IMG/VR virus record: IMGVR_UViG_3300020020_000019 | Source of the DNA: a virus | DNA length: 15,816 nucleotides | Reading direction: 5' to 3' (one strand) | Part shown: in pieces, positions 12,457 to 15,816 of the stretch | How the letters are laid out: every line of letters begins with the position of its first letter | How positions within the stretch are numbered: position 1 is the first letter of the stretch | The notes under the pieces: generated by a model | Databases searched by the model: none | What the model was told of the DNA's origin: nothing | What the model saw: only the letters and a program-made list of their open reading frames with translations | Position numbers and translations under genes: made by a program

Positions 12457-14219
12457 CCGTCACCGTTCCCGCGTTCCGTTCGACCGCCACGATCGCCCCG
12501 GTGTGGCATGCCGGCCGCCGGGCCGCCGTGACCGCCGGCCCCGACGACCTGACCCTCGAGGCGTGCGTCGTGCCGTGGCACACCGCGGCCCGGGTCACCG
12601 ACGACGGCCGCACGTTCTACACCGAGACCTGGTCGCCCGGCTCCCTCGTCCCCGAGGACCGGGTCGTCATCTACGACGGCCATGTCCCCGGCGGTGGCGG
12701 GGACGGCCAGCTCAACTCGGACCGTCAACCGATCGGCCGGGCCGACACGTTCACCGAACGGCCCGACGGGCTGTATGCCACGCTGCGCCTGGCCAACACG
12801 TCACGCGGCCGTGACGTCTACGAGCTGGCCCGCGTCCTCGGTTTCGTCAACGTGTCCCTCGAGGCCGACGTCCCCGTCGGTGGCACCGGGACCGTGGCCC
12901 GCACCGCGGCGACCCCGTGTCCGCTGACCGGGATCGCCGTCGTCCTGCCGCCCGGTACCGGCGCCTTCCCCGGCGCCGTCGCCGCCGCCGGCCGGGCCGC
13001 CGGGGACGAGGACGAGACCGACGAGACCACCGACGACGAGACCACCGACGACGAGACCACCGACGAGACTGACGCCCCGGCCGGCCGGGCCGCCGTCGGC
13101 GAGCTCGTCCGCGCCGAGCTGGCCCGCTACGGGATGACCCCGGGCCGCCGCCCGTCCGGCCGCACCGCCGGACCGCTGGCCCGTTTCGCCAACTTCCGTG
13201 AGTTCGTCACCGCGGCCCGGGCCGCCGAGGGTGACCGGGCCGCCGAGCTGCGCACCGCGTTCGCCGCCGCCTACCAGCAATGGCGCGAGCTTGACCGGGT
13301 GGCCGCCACCGGCGTCGTCGGACGGGCCCTGTTGGATCAGGTCACCGCCGACAACCCGGGGCTGATGCCGCCGTCATGGCTGACCGAGGTGTTCGGCATC
13401 GTCGACCGGGGCCGCCCGTCGGTCACCGCCCTCGGCGGACCCCGCAACCCGGGCGACGCCGGCATGGATGTCTATTGGCCGTACTACGACGGCGACCTGC
13501 TGGCCATCGTCAAAGAGCAGACCCCGACCGAGAAGAGTCCGATCAACTCGGTCAAGGTCAGCTTCAAACGGGGCCAGGCCACGCTCGACACGTTCGCCGG
13601 CGGGTCCGATGTCAGCTACCAGCTGCAACGCCGCTCTTCGCCGTCGTACATGGCCCTCTATGACCGCATCCTGCAGATCGCCTACGGGCTGACCACCGAG
13701 GTCGCGTTCGCCACCGTCCTCTCCGCCGTCGACGCGACACCCGAGGCGTATGATCTGGCCGCCGACACCGACGGCTCCGCGTTCCGGGCCGTCCTGTTCG
13801 GCGCCTCGACCGAGGTCCGCAACGTCACCGGCGAACCGGCGTCGGTGGCCCTCGCCGCCACCGACGTGTTCATCGCCCTCGGCGGCGCCCCGTGGCTGTG
13901 GCCGCAGATGTACGGCACACAGAACACGGCCGGCACGGCGCAAGCCTCGACGCTGACCATCTCGGTGTCCGGGTTGACGATCACCGAGGCCCCGGGCCTG
14001 CCGGCCGGGACCCTCATCATCACCAACCCGGGCGCCGCGGCATGGTTCGAGGAGGGACCGTTCATCGTCACCGCCGAGGACATCGAGAAGCTCGGCACGA
14101 ACGTCGCGATTTGGGGGATGGGCACGGCCGGGGTGTTCCTGCCGGCCGGGGTCGTCGAGGTCACCGTCACTCTGCCCGCCCCGCTCGGCGCGGCGACCAA
14201 GCGTTCGGCCGCCAAGTAG
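12453..14219 (+). CDS. Prohead (HK97 S78-like) protease / scaffold-like linker / HK97-fold major capsid protein fusion (588 aa)
   Basis: AGGAG lies 7 nt upstream of GTG 12453. The N-terminal ~170 aa are protease-like (YDGHV...GLYATLRL...NVSLEA). An acidic repeat linker and a helical segment follow. The C-terminal ~330 aa are capsid-like. No separate protease or capsid gene is found elsewhere. Confidence 0.7.
   Translation: MTVTVPAFRSTATIAPVWHAGRRAAVTAGPDDLTLEACVVPWHTAARVTDDGRTFYTETWSPGSLVPEDRVVIYDGHVPGGGGDGQLNSDRQPIGRADTFTERPDGLYATLRLANTSRGRDVYELARVLGFVNVSLEADVPVGGTGTVARTAATPCPLTGIAVVLPPGTGAFPGAVAAAGRAAGDEDETDETTDDETTDDETTDETDAPAGRAAVGELVRAELARYGMTPGRRPSGRTAGPLARFANFREFVTAARAAEGDRAAELRTAFAAAYQQWRELDRVAATGVVGRALLDQVTADNPGLMPPSWLTEVFGIVDRGRPSVTALGGPRNPGDAGMDVYWPYYDGDLLAIVKEQTPTEKSPINSVKVSFKRGQATLDTFAGGSDVSYQLQRRSSPSYMALYDRILQIAYGLTTEVAFATVLSAVDATPEAYDLAADTDGSAFRAVLFGASTEVRNVTGEPASVALAATDVFIALGGAPWLWPQMYGTQNTAGTAQASTLTISVSGLTITEAPGLPAGTLIITNPGAAAWFEEGPFIVTAEDIEKLGTNVAIWGMGTAGVFLPAGVVEVTVTLPAPLGAATKRSAAK
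13020..13064 (+). repeat. Perfect 3x tandem 15-bp repeat GACGAGACCACCGAC, encoding (DETTD)x3, within the acidic linker (13005-13073)
   Basis: Three identical 15-mers were counted base by base, followed by a partial copy (gagac). The repeat is in-frame. Confidence 0.9.
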
Positions 14220-14224
14220 CGGCC

Positions 14225-14833
14225 GTGCCGGCGCCGGTCGTCACCGCGCTCGACCCGGACGGCGCCCGGGTCGGCGGACCGAACCTCACCTTGCGCGTCC
14301 GCGGTGCCGGGTTCGACCCGGCCGCCGTGATCGTGTTCGGTGGCGGTGACGAACCGACGACATGGGTCGCCGACGGCGAGGTGACGACGATCGTCCAACC
14401 CTCGACCGCGTCGGGCCCGGCCGAGGTGACGGTGACCGTCCGCAACGCGGACGCCACCGAGGCGCCGCCGTTGCTGTTCAGCTTCACCGTCGGTGACCCG
14501 GTGCCGCACTACGTCACCGCGACCGAGGTCCTCGAACGGCTCCGCCTCCCGGCCAACCATCCCGACGCCGCCTACGTGATCCGCTGTACCGCGGCAGCGA
14601 ACGAGCTCGTCGACGACGAGCTCGCCGTCGTCCTCGACGTCCCGTATCCGGAGTCGGTGTGGCGGGCCGCGCTCGGCGTGGCGATCCGCGTCTACCGCTT
14701 CAAGGACGCCGAGTCCGACGTCGCCAACGCCTGGTCCGACACCGGCGCGCTGCGGATCCCGCGGGACCCGCTGGCCGGGTACCGCGACCTGCTGACCCCG
14801 TGGTGCCACGGCTCGAAATGGGCGCCGGCGTGA
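14225..14833 (+). CDS. IPT/TIG (Ig-like) domain fused to a gp6-like head-tail connector/adaptor (202 aa)
   Basis: The N-terminus PVVTALDPDGARVGGPNLTLRVRGAGFDPAAVIVFGG...EVTVTVRN...LLFSFT fits the IPT/TIG pattern. The C-terminus TATEVLERLRLPANHPDAAYVIRCTAAANELVDDEL fits the Phage_connect_1 pattern. It is one continuous frame from GTG 14225. Confidence 0.6.
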   Translation: MPAPVVTALDPDGARVGGPNLTLRVRGAGFDPAAVIVFGGGDEPTTWVADGEVTTIVQPSTASGPAEVTVTVRNADATEAPPLLFSFTVGDPVPHYVTATEVLERLRLPANHPDAAYVIRCTAAANELVDDELAVVLDVPYPESVWRAALGVAIRVYRFKDAESDVANAWSDTGALRIPRDPLAGYRDLLTPWCHGSKWAPA

Positions 14834-15231
14834 GCATCACCGCCGAGGCCCGCCAGACCCTGGCCGCCGCCCTGACCGTGGCGGTGGCCCCGGTGCCGGT
14901 GTTCGCCTTCCGGCCGCTCGAGCTGGCGACGCCGTGCGTCTACCTCGATGTTGCCGGCCGCCGCGCCGCCGATGATGACGGGGCCCCGCTGATCGTCGTC
15001 ACGTTCCCCGTCGTCGCCGTCGTCGACGGCACCGATGAGGCGCAGATGGCCGCCCTCGACGAGCTCGGCGACCAGATCTGGGATGCCGCCGTCGCCCTCG
15101 AGGGGGAACCGGTGTCCGCCGTCGCCGACGACGTCGACGTCGGCGGGCCCCGGCTCCGCACCCTGAACACCGTCGTCGACGTCGTCGTCGCCCACCTGAC
15201 CCTCTGCGCTGAAAGTGAGACCGCCGCATGA
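14830..15231 (+). CDS. Neck protein, tail-terminator / head-closure candidate (133 aa)
   Basis: There is a GTGA overlap upstream and an ATGA overlap downstream. It lies between the connector and the major tail protein. No diagnostic motif was recognised. Confidence 0.4.
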   Translation: MSITAEARQTLAAALTVAVAPVPVFAFRPLELATPCVYLDVAGRRAADDDGAPLIVVTFPVVAVVDGTDEAQMAALDELGDQIWDAAVALEGEPVSAVADDVDVGGPRLRTLNTVVDVVVAHLTLCAESETAA

Positions 15232-15816
15232 CCCGCACCCTGTTCAAGATCACCGCCGGTGTCGTCGCCCTCGACCTCGTCGACCCCGCCGCCGTCGGCT
15301 ACGACCCCGCCTGGCAGGCCCCCGGCGGCAAGACATTGCCGGCCGTCCGCATCGCCGACTACGACGCCCTGACGACCGGCTACGGCTGTCAGCTCGTCAC
15401 CGGGGTCGTGACGGCAACGGCGAACACGACGACCGAAACGATCGACGGCACATGGTGCGATCTCCCGGCGACCGAGCAGATCGCCGGGGCCGACTCATGG
15501 GCCGTGGCGTGGGATCACTACCAGGACCCGACGCTCGCCGACGGGCTCTCGGCCTACCTGTTCGAGCACGCCGGCAAGGACGCCTACCTGTACGTCGGGT
15601 GTGGCGGTGACGGGGTGCCGCCGGTGTTCATCGGCGTCGTCACCCTCTCGGCGTCGTCGCTCGGCGGTGGCCGCTCGGCCGCCCGGTCGCAGGTCACGTT
15701 CCAATTCAAACGCAAGCCCGACGGCCAGTTCGGCACCGCCCTCGCCTGGAAGGTGATTCCCGGCGACGGCTCGGCGTCGACGGCCGGGCCGCCGCCCGGC
15801 ATGGCCGCCGACGAGC
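15228..15816 (+). CDS. Major tail protein candidate, 5' part (total 204 aa; continues at 128-153 through the circular junction)
   Basis: It lies upstream of the TMP region. The segment TETIDGTWCDLPATEQIAGADSWAVAWDHYQDP...GKDAYLYV resembles TP901-1/phi13-type tail tube proteins (from memory). The ORF is open to the window end. Confidence 0.55.
   Translation, partial: MTRTLFKITAGVVALDLVDPAAVGYDPAWQAPGGKTLPAVRIADYDALTTGYGCQLVTGVVTATANTTTETIDGTWCDLPATEQIAGADSWAVAWDHYQDPTLADGLSAYLFEHAGKDAYLYVGCGGDGVPPVFIGVVTLSASSLGGGRSAARSQVTFQFKRKPDGQFGTALAWKVIPGDGSASTAGPPPGMAADE
15690..15816. repeat. Terminal direct repeat, copy 2 (identical to 1-127)
   Basis: 127/127 identity with the window start. Confidence 0.95.

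Larger units (their letters stand above)
1..15816. mobile_element. Complete circularly closed or permuted genome of a small temperate siphovirus-like phage (unit length 15,689 bp)
   Basis: The 127-nt ends are identical. An ORF is continuous across the junction. A full packaging, head, tail, lysis, integration and early gene set is present, nearly all on one strand with 4-nt start/stop overlaps. Confidence 0.75.

Noticed and set aside
14100-14230. A -1 frameshift at the end of the capsid gene that would append the IPT/TIG domain to the capsid (the frame-2 ORF is open from 13892)
   Set aside because: No slippery heptamer was found in the last ~120 nt of the capsid frame. A GTG start at 14225, 6 nt after the capsid stop, explains the ORF more simply. 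It is still worth a proteomics check.
13682-14809. 375-aa reverse-strand ORF antisense to the capsid and connector genes
   Set aside because: Shadow ORF. The forward frames have clear capsid, IPT/TIG and connector features and operon coupling.

Overview
High-GC (roughly 70% by eye) actinobacterial-type DNA. The first 127 nt (1-127) are identical to the last 127 nt (15690-15816), and an ORF reads straight through the junction. The window is therefore most simply a circularly closed or circularly permuted 15,689-bp replicon. It reads as a complete, very compact temperate siphovirus or prophage.

Gene order from the packaging end:
- HNH endonuclease (9071-9331), then a structured non-coding candidate cos region
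- small terminase (9423-9779) and large terminase (9706-11124)
- a 150-bp structured gap, then portal (11275-12456)
- prohead protease / major capsid fusion (12453-14219)
- IPT/TIG-domain + gp6-like head-tail connector fusion (14225-14833) and a neck / tail-terminator candidate (14830-15231)
- major tail protein candidate (15228-15816, wrapping to 1-153)
- HK97 gp10-like protein (150-605), tape measure (610-2691), Dit-like minor tail protein (2693-4009), and small tail-tip or unknown proteins (4009-4856)
- Amidase_2 endolysin (4853-5698) and 2-TM holin (5703-5957)
- two tandem hairpins, then a tiny TM ORF and a XerC/D-like tyrosine integrase, the only reverse-strand genes
- a divergent excisionase-like HTH gene, an HTH_36-like gene, an origin- or operator-like repeat region, and four small, lower-GC early genes

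No tRNA, rRNA or CRISPR array is supported.

The most interesting signals are non-coding or architectural:
1. A 17-bp sequence, CTGACGAACCGCTGTYC, recurs at three consecutive early-gene junctions.
2. A DnaA-box match sits next to an array of GC palindromes spaced by G8 runs and an AT-rich GAACA repeat.
3. A 9-mer, ATGTGATTA, is shared just upstream of the first early gene and the first late gene.
4. The tail module has no G/GT chaperone frameshift and no Tal-size hub.
5. The lysogeny module has no recognisable divergent repressor.

All functional calls come from motif recognition by eye. No database search was run.
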